A model generated the notes under the pieces. It made no database searches, was not told the DNA's origin, and saw nothing but the letters and a program-made list of their open reading frames with translations. A stretch of DNA of 64,000 nt from Gemmatimonadota bacterium (GTDB lineage Bacteria > Gemmatimonadota > Gemmatimonadetes > Palauibacterales > Palauibacteraceae): contig JBDHAC010000018.1 in assembly GCA_039588275.1 (NCBI GenBank), positions 1-64,000 of the forward strand. The letters run 5' to 3'. Positions 1 through 9,870 of the stretch are shown here, one piece after another; the stretch's first letter is position 1; each line of letters opens with the position of its first letter. Position numbers and translations under genes: made by a program.

Positions 1-147
1 GTAGGGTGGATTTCGAGCGGTTTGTTCACGGCGGATGGCTCACGCCGGACGAGTCACGGAGATCGCGGCCTGCAGCGGTGGCCCGCGGCGGCCGCCGGTC
101 TCCGCTCTCTGTGCTCCGGTACTGTCTCGCTACGCTTCCGGGGACGC

Positions 148-687
148 CTACGGGAACAGGAGCCCGCCCGTCACGATGACCTGATTATCACCGCGGATGA
201 AGAAGTCCTCGTCGCCCCCGAGCTCGACGCGGACTTCGACAAAGGGAGATAATCCCGTCATCGGGAACTCGAACCCGGCCAGCAGGTTGAACGCCAGCTC
301 AGTCTGGCTGTCGTCAAAGTCCTCTGCGGGGCTCGTGACATCGACGGAGGCGTGCGCCAGGTTCAGACCCGCGCCGAAGTACGGCTCGATGCTCGCCCCA
401 CTCACGGGGAACGCGTAGAACAGATTCCCGTTGATTTCCCAGTAGTTCGCGTCGATGTTGACCTCGGCTACGCTCAGATCGATCGTGCCGGGGAAGAAGT
501 AATCGAAGCTCCCAATCACCCCGAATCCCGGGAGGGCCGGGAAGCCGAGAATCACGCGGCCGCCGATCCCAATGTCGGTTTCGGTACCATAGCTCGCCTG
601 AGGGCCGACCCTGAATTGCCCCGCGAGGTCGCCCGCGCCCAGCAAGAAGAACAAGCATCCACCCAACACCACCAGCTTCCGTCCCAT
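148..687 (-). CDS. Outer-membrane beta-barrel protein (OMP_b-brl-like), 179 aa
   Basis: ATG at 687 with GGAGGGA upstream; signal peptide MGRKLVVLGGCLFFLLGAGDLAGQ; amphipathic strands (WEINGNLFYAF, PYFGAGLN); C-terminus GGLLFP. Confidence 0.8.
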   Translation of the reverse strand: MGRKLVVLGGCLFFLLGAGDLAGQFRVGPQASYGTETDIGIGGRVILGFPALPGFGVIGSFDYFFPGTIDLSVAEVNIDANYWEINGNLFYAFPVSGASIEPYFGAGLNLAHASVDVTSPAEDFDDSQTELAFNLLAGFEFPMTGLSPFVEVRVELGGDEDFFIRGDNQVIVTGGLLFP

Positions 688-733
688 GCTTCCCTCCGAT
701 CCCAGTGAACGGCGTACCACAGAATCCCGTATC

Positions 734-1750
734 CTATCGTGAGTTGGACGGCGGCGGAACTGCGCGGGTTGCCTCCGCTCGCTCGTGCAGGCGCTCCCGC
801 GTGAGGCCCGCCGCCCACGACCCCGTCTCCTCCACCGCGAGGCTCGCGGCAGCGAGTCCGAGCCGGAGCGGATCGTCCGCTCCACTCGAGAGTCCGTACA
901 GGTAGCCGGCCGCGAGCGCGTCCCCTGCTCCCGTGACGTCGGCGACCCGCCCGGGCGAGATCGCCGGCACCCAGTCGCGATGCTCGCCATCGTCCACGTA
1001 GACGCCATCGGCGCCCAGTGAGACGACGACGGTTCCGGCGCCCAGGTCACGCAGCGCGGCCGCGGCCGAGACGACCTCGTCCACATCGGGTCCGGCCTCG
1101 CTGAGGCGCGTGCGCGCCGACAGTCCGGATGTCATCTCGACGGCCGCCGGCGCACCTCCGGCTCGGGCCATTGCCAGCGCCTCCTCTCGATCGGGAAACA
1201 ACGCGTGGACGGCGGGCAAGACAGGGATGAGGCGCTTCGCCTTCGGCACGGATACGGGGTCCGCCACGACCGTGGCCGCCGCCGGAGGCCGGCTCAACAA
1301 TCGTTCGAGGGTCGCAGCCGGCAGGTTGGCCTCCACGAACCAGTGGTCCGCCCCCTCGAGTCCGGGAAGGATCTCCGCCGCCCAAACCGCGTCGAGCGTC
1401 GTGAAGATCTCCATGTCCGCGAGACCGATCGCCAGCCGGCCGTCGGGCTCGAGGACCGCGGTGTAGCTCGCTGTCGGGTGCCGGCTGGAGCGTTTGACGC
1501 CCGAAACATCCACGCCGTCCGCGCGCAGCTCGTCGAGCAGACCTTCGCCGGGGGCATCGTTTCCGACGGCAGAGAACAGCGTCACCGAGCAACCCAGACG
1601 CGCGAGCCCGTGCGCCACGTTCCGCGCTACACCGCCGGACGCCACCGAACCGGTGACGGGGTTGGAGGTCCCGAAGCGCACCCCGAGGATCGAACGGAGC
1701 TTGCGGTCGAGACTGATCCCGCCGATACAGGCGATACGAGGGGAAGCCAC
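734..1750 (-). CDS. PfkB-family carbohydrate kinase, pseudouridine-kinase-like
   Basis: GGVARNVA, VGNDAPG, TASYTAVL and PfkB signature DVTGAGDAL; GTG at 1750 overlaps the MOSC stop. Confidence 0.85.
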   Translation of the reverse strand: MASPRIACIGGISLDRKLRSILGVRFGTSNPVTGSVASGGVARNVAHGLARLGCSVTLFSAVGNDAPGEGLLDELRADGVDVSGVKRSSRHPTASYTAVLEPDGRLAIGLADMEIFTTLDAVWAAEILPGLEGADHWFVEANLPAATLERLLSRPPAAATVVADPVSVPKAKRLIPVLPAVHALFPDREEALAMARAGGAPAAVEMTSGLSARTRLSEAGPDVDEVVSAAAALRDLGAGTVVVSLGADGVYVDDGEHRDWVPAISPGRVADVTGAGDALAAGYLYGLSSGADDPLRLGLAAASLAVEETGSWAAGLTRERLHERAEATRAVPPPSNSR

Positions 1751-2403
1751 TACGCCTCCGTGGATCCGATCGCGCGTAGCCGGTCGGCGAACCGGCCCCG
1801 CCACGTCGGGCGCAGCGCCTCCGCTGCGGCGGCCCGTTGGAGGAGCTCCGGGTCGTCGCGCTCGCCTGCAAAGAACTCGACGATATCGGCGACCGTCAGA
1901 TCGTCGGTTCCCCGCTCCACGAGCTCGATCGAGTCGCCCGCCGCCACCTCGCCCTCGCGTAGGACGCGCAGATAGAACCCCGTACGACGGCTCGCCAGAA
2001 ACCGCTTGGGCATGTCCGGGAGGATGAAGCGGATGGCCAGCTTCACGCACGGGAGGCGGGGCTCCGTGACGGCGAACCGGGCACGGCCGATGTCGAGCAC
2101 ATCGCCGATCCGGACCGACTCGTCGAGCCCGACCGTGGTCAGGTTCTCGCCGAACGCGCCCCAGGAGAGGTCGGTCTCGGGCAGCTCGTCACGCCAGTAC
2201 GCGTAGTGCTCCGACGGATACGCGTACACGGCCTTCCACGGTCCACCGTGCACGCTCAAGTCCGCCTGGCGGTCCCCATCCAGGTTCGTCGCCCGCACGA
2301 GCACGGGGCCGGGCACCGGCTCCTTGAAGATCCCCGTGAGGACTCGCTTGTCCTTCCAGGTCACCTCGCGCGGGAGGCCGACGTTGACCGAGATGAGCTG
2401 CAT
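1750..2403 (-). CDS. yiiM: MOSC-domain protein with 3-alpha domain (YiiM-like)
   Basis: GDRQADLSVHGG, GAFGENLT, PRLPCVKL, RTGFYLRVLREG. Confidence 0.9.
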   Translation of the reverse strand: MQLISVNVGLPREVTWKDKRVLTGIFKEPVPGPVLVRATNLDGDRQADLSVHGGPWKAVYAYPSEHYAYWRDELPETDLSWGAFGENLTTVGLDESVRIGDVLDIGRARFAVTEPRLPCVKLAIRFILPDMPKRFLASRRTGFYLRVLREGEVAAGDSIELVERGTDDLTVADIVEFFAGERDDPELLQRAAAAEALRPTWRGRFADRLRAIGSTEA

Positions 2404-2416
2404 GGATCGTCCGCCT

Positions 2417-2448
2417 GTCTCCTCGTTCGCCCGTCTCCTCGTTCGCCC
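2417..2448. repeat. 16-bp tandem duplication covering the RBS of the MOSC gene
   Basis: GTCTCCTCGTTCGCCC x2 exact; contains GAGGAG on the minus strand. Confidence 0.8.
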
Positions 2449-2532
2449 CCGGCAGGCTGCTCCCCTCAGCCCGGGGCGACGGTCGGGGTCCGTTGGCGCC
2501 CTCGGGCTCCAGGAGGGACGCTCCCGGCTGTC

Positions 2533-4245
2533 CTAGATCTCGCCCCGTCGGGCGAACCGCGCGATGTGCTCTCCCGCCCGGAACGCCAGCGCCATGATGG
2601 TCATCGTGGGCTGCCCTCGCCCGGATGTGACGAAGTTGGATCCATCGCACAGGAACAGGTTCGGCACATCGTGGGTCCGGTGGTACTCGTCCACGACGGA
2701 CGTCCGCGGGTCGTTCCCCATCCGGCACGTCCCCAGCAGGTGCGCCCCGAGCGTGGACGGGGTCACCGGCACCTCCCACACGCTGAGCGCGCCCGCCGCC
2801 TCCAGGATCTCCCTCCCCCGGGCCTGCAGGAAGCGCATCGTCGCGAGGTCGTCGGGGTGGTCGTTGTAGGTGAGCCGGAGCACGGGCCGACCGAACTTGT
2901 CCGTCACGTTCGAATCGAGCGTGATGTTGTTCGATTCCAGGGGGAGCGACGTGGTGTGCCCGTTCACGTCTACCGTGCGGTTGAAGTACTCGCCCAGCAT
3001 GCGCTTGTACTCGGCGCCCCAGGTGGGTGAGCCCGGCGGGAGCCCGGCGAGCCCGAACAGGATCGGGAAATACTGCCAGCGCGCGTCGATCCCTCCCCCG
3101 CCGTAGAAGCCGCGAGCCGGGTCCGCGTCGTAGAAGTCGTGGACGATCCGCGTGACCTGAACGCTCTTGAACTCGTTGAGCGGGTGCTCGAACAGGCCGG
3201 TCGCATACGAGAGCCCGTTGAACATCAGGTGCTTGCCCACGAGTCCGCTCGAGTTCGCGAGCCCATCCGGAAAGCGGTTGGACTCGGAGAGAAACAGGAT
3301 GCGCGACGTCTCGGCGCCGTTCGCGGACAGCACCACCGCCCTCGCGCGCTGTGCGTGCTCGACGCCGTCCCTGTCCCAGTAGCGCACTTCGCGCGCCCGG
3401 CCGTCGTCGTCCAGCTCGATACGGTGCACGGTGCTCTCGGGCCGGATCTCGCACCGGCCGGTCGCTTCCGCGAGCGGGATCATCGTGACCAGCGTGGACG
3501 ACTTCGCGCCGTACTCGCACGCGAACGCGAGACAGAAGCCGCAGTGAAAGCAGGGCGAGCGTCCGTTGTGGGGCTGTGAGAGGATCGCCATGGGAGCGGG
3601 CTGTGGGTGGAGTCCCAGCGCCCGCGCGCCGCGCTCGAGCAGCGCCCCCGATGACTTGATCGGAAGCGGTGGCATCGGGAACGGACGCGAGCGCGGCGCA
3701 TCGAACGGCCCGGGTGCGCCCGACACGCCGATCTCCCAATCCACCTTCGTATAGTAGGGCTCCAGCTCCTCGTAGGTGATCGGCCAATCCGCGAAGCCGG
3801 TTCCGGGAATGTCGCCCCATACGCTCCGCTCCTGGAAGTCGATCGGGCGGAAGCGCCAGAAGTTACCCGTGAAGTGCGCGCTGCTCCCGCCCACCAGCCG
3901 GGCGTACATGACCGGTGGAAGCCCCGTCGCGACTTGAGCGTCTTCCTCTTCGGATTGCCGGAAGGTCTGCGGGAAGTCCTGCAGCGAGCCCAAGAGACCC
4001 TCACCCGTGAAGAGCTGCGCGAGCTCGTCGTGGTTGAAGTCGGAGTTCTTCAGGTACGGGCCCTGCTCGAGGACGACGACGGAGAAGCCGGCGCTCGAGA
4101 GCTCCTTCGCCACGATCCCGCCGGCCGCGCCGGAGCCCACGACGACGAAGTCGACTTCCTCCCGCTCCTGGTACCGGACGTGGGATTCCTCCTGTCCGGC
4201 CTGGATGCGGAGGGCTCGGCGCAGCACCTCGCGGCGGTTAGCCAT
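2533..4245 (-). CDS. GMC-family FAD oxidoreductase (gluconate 2-dehydrogenase flavoprotein-like)
   Basis: VVVGSGAAGG FAD motif; Cys cluster CFHCGFCLAFAC; AHLLGTCRMG; GRGQPTMT; ATG 4245 overlaps the upstream stop. Confidence 0.92.
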   Translation of the reverse strand: MANRREVLRRALRIQAGQEESHVRYQEREEVDFVVVGSGAAGGIVAKELSSAGFSVVVLEQGPYLKNSDFNHDELAQLFTGEGLLGSLQDFPQTFRQSEEEDAQVATGLPPVMYARLVGGSSAHFTGNFWRFRPIDFQERSVWGDIPGTGFADWPITYEELEPYYTKVDWEIGVSGAPGPFDAPRSRPFPMPPLPIKSSGALLERGARALGLHPQPAPMAILSQPHNGRSPCFHCGFCLAFACEYGAKSSTLVTMIPLAEATGRCEIRPESTVHRIELDDDGRAREVRYWDRDGVEHAQRARAVVLSANGAETSRILFLSESNRFPDGLANSSGLVGKHLMFNGLSYATGLFEHPLNEFKSVQVTRIVHDFYDADPARGFYGGGGIDARWQYFPILFGLAGLPPGSPTWGAEYKRMLGEYFNRTVDVNGHTTSLPLESNNITLDSNVTDKFGRPVLRLTYNDHPDDLATMRFLQARGREILEAAGALSVWEVPVTPSTLGAHLLGTCRMGNDPRTSVVDEYHRTHDVPNLFLCDGSNFVTSGRGQPTMTIMALAFRAGEHIARFARRGEI

Positions 4246-4882
4246 CGGCCGCTTCCGCATCGTAGTGACCGAAGGGGGGCTGCCAAGAGAACCGGTCCTC
4301 GAACCCGAGGATCTGCCACCCGGCTTTGTCGCGGTTTCCACGGCGATCGGGGTGCGCGAACATCCCCTGAATCGTGAGCACTCGGACCAGACCGAAGAAG
4401 CCACCGGCCTCGATCTCCTTCAGCAGCTCGATCTGCTGGCTCCCCGACAGAGCCGAGAATGCGGCCGCTTCGGGATTCGTCTCGCGCGCCCGCGTCTGGA
4501 GCTGCCGGAGCCCGGCACGCACGGCGGGAAGCCCTCCCGACTGGAACGTCCCGAGCGCTCGATCGATGAAGTGGATGACGCCGGCTTCGCGCGCACCCGG
4601 CGTATCGTCGCTCGGGAAGATCTGAGCCGCGATCGCTTCGAGCTCGTTCGCCTCCTCGGCCGTAAGGGTCTCGAAGGCCTGTCCGCGCTCGAACGCGTCG
4701 TACGCGTGCCGCGCCGCCGCCTCGATCGCCGGCAGCTGCATCGCCAGCCAAGCACCCCCGAGGCCGTGTGCGGTAGCTCCGAGGAATGCCCTCCGGGTGG
4801 GATCCTCAGTGCAGCCACCCCCACGACCGTCGATGCGACCGTCCCTGGGGCCGTCGATGCGTCTATCCATGCGATCGTCCAT
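4238..4882 (-). CDS. Gluconate 2-dehydrogenase subunit 3 family protein, Tat-exported
   Basis: Twin-arginine TRRAFL; PSDDTPGAREAGVIHFID; GMFAHP..GNRDKAGW; coupled to the GMC gene. Confidence 0.9.
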   Translation of the reverse strand: MDDRMDRRIDGPRDGRIDGRGGGCTEDPTRRAFLGATAHGLGGAWLAMQLPAIEAAARHAYDAFERGQAFETLTAEEANELEAIAAQIFPSDDTPGAREAGVIHFIDRALGTFQSGGLPAVRAGLRQLQTRARETNPEAAAFSALSGSQQIELLKEIEAGGFFGLVRVLTIQGMFAHPDRRGNRDKAGWQILGFEDRFSWQPPFGHYDAEAADG

Positions 4883-5113
4883 CCGCGCGTCTCCCCGCTG
4901 CAGACTGGTCCACGGACCCACGTACAGCTGACCACAGATAGGGTACCGAGGGCCGCGGGGAAAGCTCGGGCGGGAGCGGAGCGACTCCGGCACGCGTTGA
5001 AGCGTTCGATGACGGCTGCCGCGTCGTCGGCGGTGACGACTCTGGAGGTAGTCATGGCCTCCCGTATGACCGGAGCGCTGGGGGCCAGGGGATGAGTTCG
5101 CCGCGCGATCGCG

Positions 5114-5413
5114 TCAGGAGACGTCGAGGCTGTCCGCGAATCCGTCGAGGAAGCCTTGTAGCGTTCTCCCCTCGATGAGCAGTCGTAGCTCGCCGGCATC
5201 CAGCCAGACGCCGCCGCAACGCGGACAGTGGTCGATGACCACGTTCAGGACGATCTCCTTGGAGAGCGTATTCCCATCGATCGGGCACGAGCGCGGCTGC
5301 TCGCGGGCGCGCTTGAGCTCGGCCGCACACGTACCGCAAATCGGTAGCGCCAGTGATTGGCTCGGGCGCGTGATCCGCCCGCACCGCACGCACTTGTTTC
5401 CCGGGACATCCAT
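5114..5413 (-). CDS. Small zinc-ribbon (zf-TFIIB-like) protein
   Basis: CPID...IDHCPRCGGVWLDAGEL, plus extra N-terminal CVRC/CGTC pairs. Confidence 0.75.
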   Translation of the reverse strand: MDVPGNKCVRCGRITRPSQSLALPICGTCAAELKRAREQPRSCPIDGNTLSKEIVLNVVIDHCPRCGGVWLDAGELRLLIEGRTLQGFLDGFADSLDVS

Positions 5414-5464
5414 ATCCGCAAAGCTACGCCGCGGCCGGCCGGACACAACCGATCGGCGGTCTCC

Positions 5465-5497
5465 GCTGTTGGACCGACACCGGCTGTTGGACCGACA
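5465..5497. repeat. Direct repeat, 15 bp identical at 18-bp period, in a divergent intergenic region
   Basis: GCTGTTGGACCGACA at 5465 and 5483. Confidence 0.75.
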
Positions 5498-5561
5498 ACC
5501 CGGCGCTGCTAGATTTCTGTCCTCTTTTCCTTTTGGTCTCACCTCAGAACGGAGTAGTGCG

Positions 5562-6158
5562 ATGTCGCTGCGCAGGACTCTCCCACTCGTCGTCCTCCTC
5601 GCCTGGGCCGGTGCCCCGCTCGCCGCCCAGGAGGAGCAGGAGTACGCTTCCCCCGAGATGGCGGAGATGATGGCGGCCTACGAGAAGGCCGGCATGGTCA
5701 CCGAGCACCACAAGGCACTCGAGAAGATGGCGGGTGCGTGGGAACTCACTGTGAAGATGTGGATGGACCCGAACGCCGAGCCGACGATCAGTTACGCCAC
5801 ATCAGAGGCCGAGATGATCTTCGGCGGCCGGTTCCTGGCCGACAAGGTAACCGGCGAATTCATGGGCCAGGAGTTCAACGGCTATGGTCTCACCGGGTAC
5901 AACAACGTCAGCGGTGAGTACGAAGCGATGTGGGTCGACAACTTCTCGACCGGGATCTACCGGTACACAGGCGCCTTCAACGAAACCGGTGACGAGTTCA
6001 TCTCGAAGGGCAAGATGCTCGACCCGGTCACCGGCGAATCGATTCCCACCTGGAGCGTTGTCAGGTTCGAGGGCGATGGTATGGTGGTCGAATCCTGGGA
6101 GGAGCGGGGCGGCGAAGAGCGCAAGACGATGGAGCTGATCTACAAGCCGAAGATGTAA
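5562..6158 (+). CDS. DUF1579-family exported protein
   Basis: GGAG RBS; signal peptide; MIFGGRFL, GLTGYNN..YEAMWVDN, KTMELIY. Confidence 0.85.
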   Translation: MSLRRTLPLVVLLAWAGAPLAAQEEQEYASPEMAEMMAAYEKAGMVTEHHKALEKMAGAWELTVKMWMDPNAEPTISYATSEAEMIFGGRFLADKVTGEFMGQEFNGYGLTGYNNVSGEYEAMWVDNFSTGIYRYTGAFNETGDEFISKGKMLDPVTGESIPTWSVVRFEGDGMVVESWEERGGEERKTMELIYKPKM

Positions 6159-6398
6159 GGCGCCCCGTCGAGGGGGCGGCCACGGCGTTGGCTGCTCGTA
6201 ACGGCGCCCCCGGCGATCGGCCGCGGGGCGCCGCCGTCGTTTGGTCCCGCGAGGCGTCGGTGCAGTACCAGAGTGCCGATGTCGTTTGTCCGGAACGACG
6301 TCGAATGCCAGGGGCCACGTCGTCCGTTCTTCGGAGCCCCGGATCCCGCCTAATATCCCGCTGTGCACACGAGTAGACACGACTGCGAGGCATAGACG

Positions 6399-7250
6399 AT
6401 GGTTCGCTGGAGATCCGAACGGCGCAGCTCGAATATCGAAGACCGCAGGGGAATGCGTCCCCGCATGGGTATGCCCATGAAGATGGGAGGGGGTCTGGGC
6501 GCCCTCGTCGTTCTGGCGCTGGTGCTGCTTCTGGGCGGCGATCCGAGCGATCTCGTCAACGTGGCACCGGAGGGCGGCCCCGTGACGATGGGCCAGCCTC
6601 GACCCACCGCGGGCAACGACGAGGCGGCCCAGTTCATCTCTGCCATCCTGGCCAGCACCGAGGACGTATGGGGGCAGCTGTTCGCCCAGAGCGGCGGGAC
6701 CTACCGTCAGCCCACGCTGGTCCTGTACGAGGACGCGGTGCAGTCGGCGTGCGGCTTCAACTCCGCCGCGACCGGACCGTTCTACTGCCCCGGTGATCAG
6801 AAGGTGTATCTGGATCTCGACTTCTTCCGCGAGCTTGCACGCCTGGGAGGACCGGGAGATTTCGCCGCCGCGTACGTGGTGGGGCACGAGATCGGGCACC
6901 ACGTCCAGCAGCTGGCCGGCATATCGGACCGCACGCGCAGCATGCAGCGCGCCGCGCGCGGTCAGGCCGAGGTGAACGCGCTCCAGGTTCGGATGGAGCT
7001 ACAGGCCGACTGCTTCGCCGGCGTGTGGGCGTACCACGCGAACCGGCAGCGCGACATCCTCGAGCCCGGCGACGTGGAGGAAGGATTGGGCGCGGCCGCC
7101 GCGATCGGCGACGACCGCCTGCTCCGACAGGCCGGTCGCCGCGTGGCCCCGGAGTCTTTCACGCACGGCTCCTCCGAGGATCGGCAGCGATGGTTGATGC
7201 GCGGGCTCCAGAGCGGCGACATCGACGCCTGCGATACGTTCGGCCGCTGA
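6399..7250 (+). CDS. ypfJ: Neutral zinc metallopeptidase (YpfJ family)
   Basis: RRSSNIEDRRG, GPFYCPGD, HEIGHHVQ, ELQADCFAG, FTHGSS. Confidence 0.93.
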   Translation: MVRWRSERRSSNIEDRRGMRPRMGMPMKMGGGLGALVVLALVLLLGGDPSDLVNVAPEGGPVTMGQPRPTAGNDEAAQFISAILASTEDVWGQLFAQSGGTYRQPTLVLYEDAVQSACGFNSAATGPFYCPGDQKVYLDLDFFRELARLGGPGDFAAAYVVGHEIGHHVQQLAGISDRTRSMQRAARGQAEVNALQVRMELQADCFAGVWAYHANRQRDILEPGDVEEGLGAAAAIGDDRLLRQAGRRVAPESFTHGSSEDRQRWLMRGLQSGDIDACDTFGR

Positions 7251-7292
7251 TTCCAACCGCCCGACCGGCGACGGGTCGCGGTGGGGCCCGAG

Positions 7293-8351
7293 CTACTTGC
7301 CCCGGGCACGACCCTTCCCGGAGTCGCTCACGTTCATGAGCGCTTCCGGATACGGCTCGAAGAAGGCCTGCCCGAGCAGGTAATCCACCTCGAAGCGCAC
7401 GGCCCAGGAGTACACCAGGGCGACGACTCCCCCTAGCGGGATTCGACTTGATCTGTAGCGGCTTAACTCACGTCTGTACAACTGCTTTTCGCGTGCGCTG
7501 ATTCGCTTTGAAACATACCCGTACGCGTGCTCCAACACGTTCACCACGGAGGGTACTCGCGCCGGTCTGGCCAGGGCCGAGCCGAACAGGATGCGGTACT
7601 CGCGCACCAGCTCCGCGAACGGCTTCCCGTCCGCGTTCGCGACCAGACGGCCCAGGGCCCGCATCCGGGCCTGGTGATGGGCCATCAGGAGGAGCTTGTG
7701 GCGCGCCTGGAACGAAACCAGGTCGCGCATCCGCCCCGCCGCTTCCACCTCTCGCAGCCGTGCCAGCGCGAACAGCTTGGTGAGGAAATGGTGCCTCAAG
7801 CGGTAGTTCAGGAGGCGTCCCTCCTCTTCGATCGCCGCCCACCCGAATCGCTCCAGGACCTCGGAGGCGAACATGCCCGCTCGGTGCGCCACGGGCGACT
7901 TGGCATCGGGGTCCGCGAACACCTTCACGCCGCCGACGCCGCACGAGGGCGAGCGGCTCTTGAGCACGAAGCCGTCCACCTCGTCCAGCCCCCCGAGGAA
8001 CCGGTCGCTGAAGTCGGTCATCGCGCGCGTCACGTCACGGCCGGTGGATGGCTGGATCAGCTCGGCCGGGAGCGGTTGATCGGCAGCGACCCGAGCTCCC
8101 TTCAGACGCACCAGCCGGATCGGATCCCGGGGCACGCCGAGCCCGACCTGTACTTCCGGACAGATCGGACGAAACGAGACGTGCGGATCCAGCTCGCGCA
8201 CGAGATCGAACGGAATCTTCACGCCGTTGTATCGGACCGGCTCGAACTCGAGACACTCGCTGATCACGACGACGGGGCGGACGAACTCGTCGTGCGACAG
8301 CTCGGCGCTCGTCTCGCGTTGCTCGAGACGTCGGCGTTGTCGGGAGCTCAT
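7293..8351 (-). CDS. DUF523-DUF1722 fusion (YbgA/RudS-type, predicted [4Fe-4S] thiouridine desulfidase)
   Basis: ISECL, VRYNG, ICPEVQVGLGVPRDPIRL, KSRSPSCG, EEEGRL; DUF1722 part FQARHKLLLMAH, NVLEHAYGY, YLLGQAFFEPYP. Confidence 0.9.
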   Translation of the reverse strand: MSSRQRRRLEQRETSAELSHDEFVRPVVVISECLEFEPVRYNGVKIPFDLVRELDPHVSFRPICPEVQVGLGVPRDPIRLVRLKGARVAADQPLPAELIQPSTGRDVTRAMTDFSDRFLGGLDEVDGFVLKSRSPSCGVGGVKVFADPDAKSPVAHRAGMFASEVLERFGWAAIEEEGRLLNYRLRHHFLTKLFALARLREVEAAGRMRDLVSFQARHKLLLMAHHQARMRALGRLVANADGKPFAELVREYRILFGSALARPARVPSVVNVLEHAYGYVSKRISAREKQLYRRELSRYRSSRIPLGGVVALVYSWAVRFEVDYLLGQAFFEPYPEALMNVSDSGKGRARGK

Positions 8352-8361
8352 GGCAGGGTCC

Positions 8362-9870
8362 TCATGCCAGGACCTGCTGGCCGGCGTAGCGGTTCAGGTA
8401 TTCGCGCATCCTGAGCTTGCGCAGCGCACTCTCGGAGCTCATGTAGCGAATCTTGCCGAAGATGGGACGCTCCGGCCCCCACGGCCGGTCGTAGCGGCCC
8501 AAGATCCAGAGGATCCCGCTGTACGAGTTCGGGTCTCGCCCGTCCAGCGCGTATTTGTCGTTGAGCGCGATCATGGCACGCAACGCGTCGCGTGGAGAGG
8601 CGCTCCACTCGAGGATCTTCTTCCCCCACAGCATTCGCAGGTAGTTGTGGATATGTCCCTCGACGCGCAGCTGGGTCTGCGCCGCGTTCCAAACGGGATC
8701 GTGGGTCGCCGCTTCCTCGAGCGCCGCACGATCGTATACGCGAGGTCGTGGATCGGCCGAATGCTCGCGCAGCGTCTTGCGGGCCCACTCGGGGAGGGAC
8801 TCGTAGTCCCGGTAGTCCTCCCTGTGCGCGCACATGTTGAGACCCAGCTCGCGCCAGGTGACGAGCTGGTCCAGGAACGCCTCCGCCCCTTCGCTCAGCC
8901 GCCACCAGCCCTGACGCTTGCCGGTAGCTCTCCCCACGCTCGCCGGCGCCCAGTCCTCGCGCGACGCGATCGCTTCCAGAATCTGGTGCGGCGAGACGTG
9001 GCCGAAGTGAAGGTACGGGGAGAGCCCGCTCGGTCCGTCCTTGTCCGGGTGGTTTCGCGCCCGTGGGTAATCCGCGAGCCGCCGGTCGAGGAACGCGACC
9101 AGCAGCGCGGTTCCCGCGTCGGCTCCACCTCGAGGCTCCACCGCCACTACGGAGTGGTCTATCGGGAGCTCGGCGAGCGGGCCGGCCTCCCCGGCTAGCA
9201 GGCCGCCCGCCGCTGCCGGCCAGCGGCTCGCGACGTCCGGCGGAAGCCTGGCTCGCACGCCACGGTGCGCTCCGCCCAGAGGATCGGCGAGCGGCGAGTC
9301 CGAGAGGTGAATGGGCAGGGTCCGCTGCAGGAAGCGCCGGAACGAGTACGCCGTGGCAAAGACGCGCTCGGTACCCCGAAGGGGGAGGAGTCCGTTCGAA
9401 TCGGCCGCTTCGAGTAGCACGCGCAGCCGACGGCCGGCGGTCTCCGTCATGCGCGGAATGAAGAACGCGGGGTATTCGTCCGTCACAACGACGCACGCGC
9501 GCGACGCCAGCGCCTCGAGCAGCCCCTTCCCCGCTCCGGGACGCGGCTCCACGTACGGGTAATAGGTGATGCCGGCGGCGCGGCAGCGAGCGGTGGTGTC
9601 GGCCATCCCGTCCAGCACGAACCGGTGGTGTCGGTCGCTCGCCCACTCGTAGGCGCAGCGCAGGGGCTCGAAGACGAGCAGCGGGCGGGCGAGCTCGCGT
9701 GACCATGCGGCCGCCCGCTGCACGGCGTAGTTCCACCCGGTCCGGCGAGTCGTGATCATCCAGTACAGCACGTACTCGCCTTCCGGCTGCACCGTGGCCG
9801 AATTGAGGCGCCGTAGACGAAGGTCCGGCACGGCGCCCACGTCGGGCGTGGCGCCCGGACCCGGGCTCAT
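8362..9870 (-). CDS. phr: Deoxyribodipyrimidine photolyase, class II CPD type
   Basis: YVLYWM, SGLSPYLHFG, HNYLRMLWGKKILEW, DGRDPNSY, RPIFGKIRYM. Confidence 0.93.
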   Translation of the reverse strand: MSPGPGATPDVGAVPDLRLRRLNSATVQPEGEYVLYWMITTRRTGWNYAVQRAAAWSRELARPLLVFEPLRCAYEWASDRHHRFVLDGMADTTARCRAAGITYYPYVEPRPGAGKGLLEALASRACVVVTDEYPAFFIPRMTETAGRRLRVLLEAADSNGLLPLRGTERVFATAYSFRRFLQRTLPIHLSDSPLADPLGGAHRGVRARLPPDVASRWPAAAGGLLAGEAGPLAELPIDHSVVAVEPRGGADAGTALLVAFLDRRLADYPRARNHPDKDGPSGLSPYLHFGHVSPHQILEAIASREDWAPASVGRATGKRQGWWRLSEGAEAFLDQLVTWRELGLNMCAHREDYRDYESLPEWARKTLREHSADPRPRVYDRAALEEAATHDPVWNAAQTQLRVEGHIHNYLRMLWGKKILEWSASPRDALRAMIALNDKYALDGRDPNSYSGILWILGRYDRPWGPERPIFGKIRYMSSESALRKLRMREYLNRYAGQQVLA

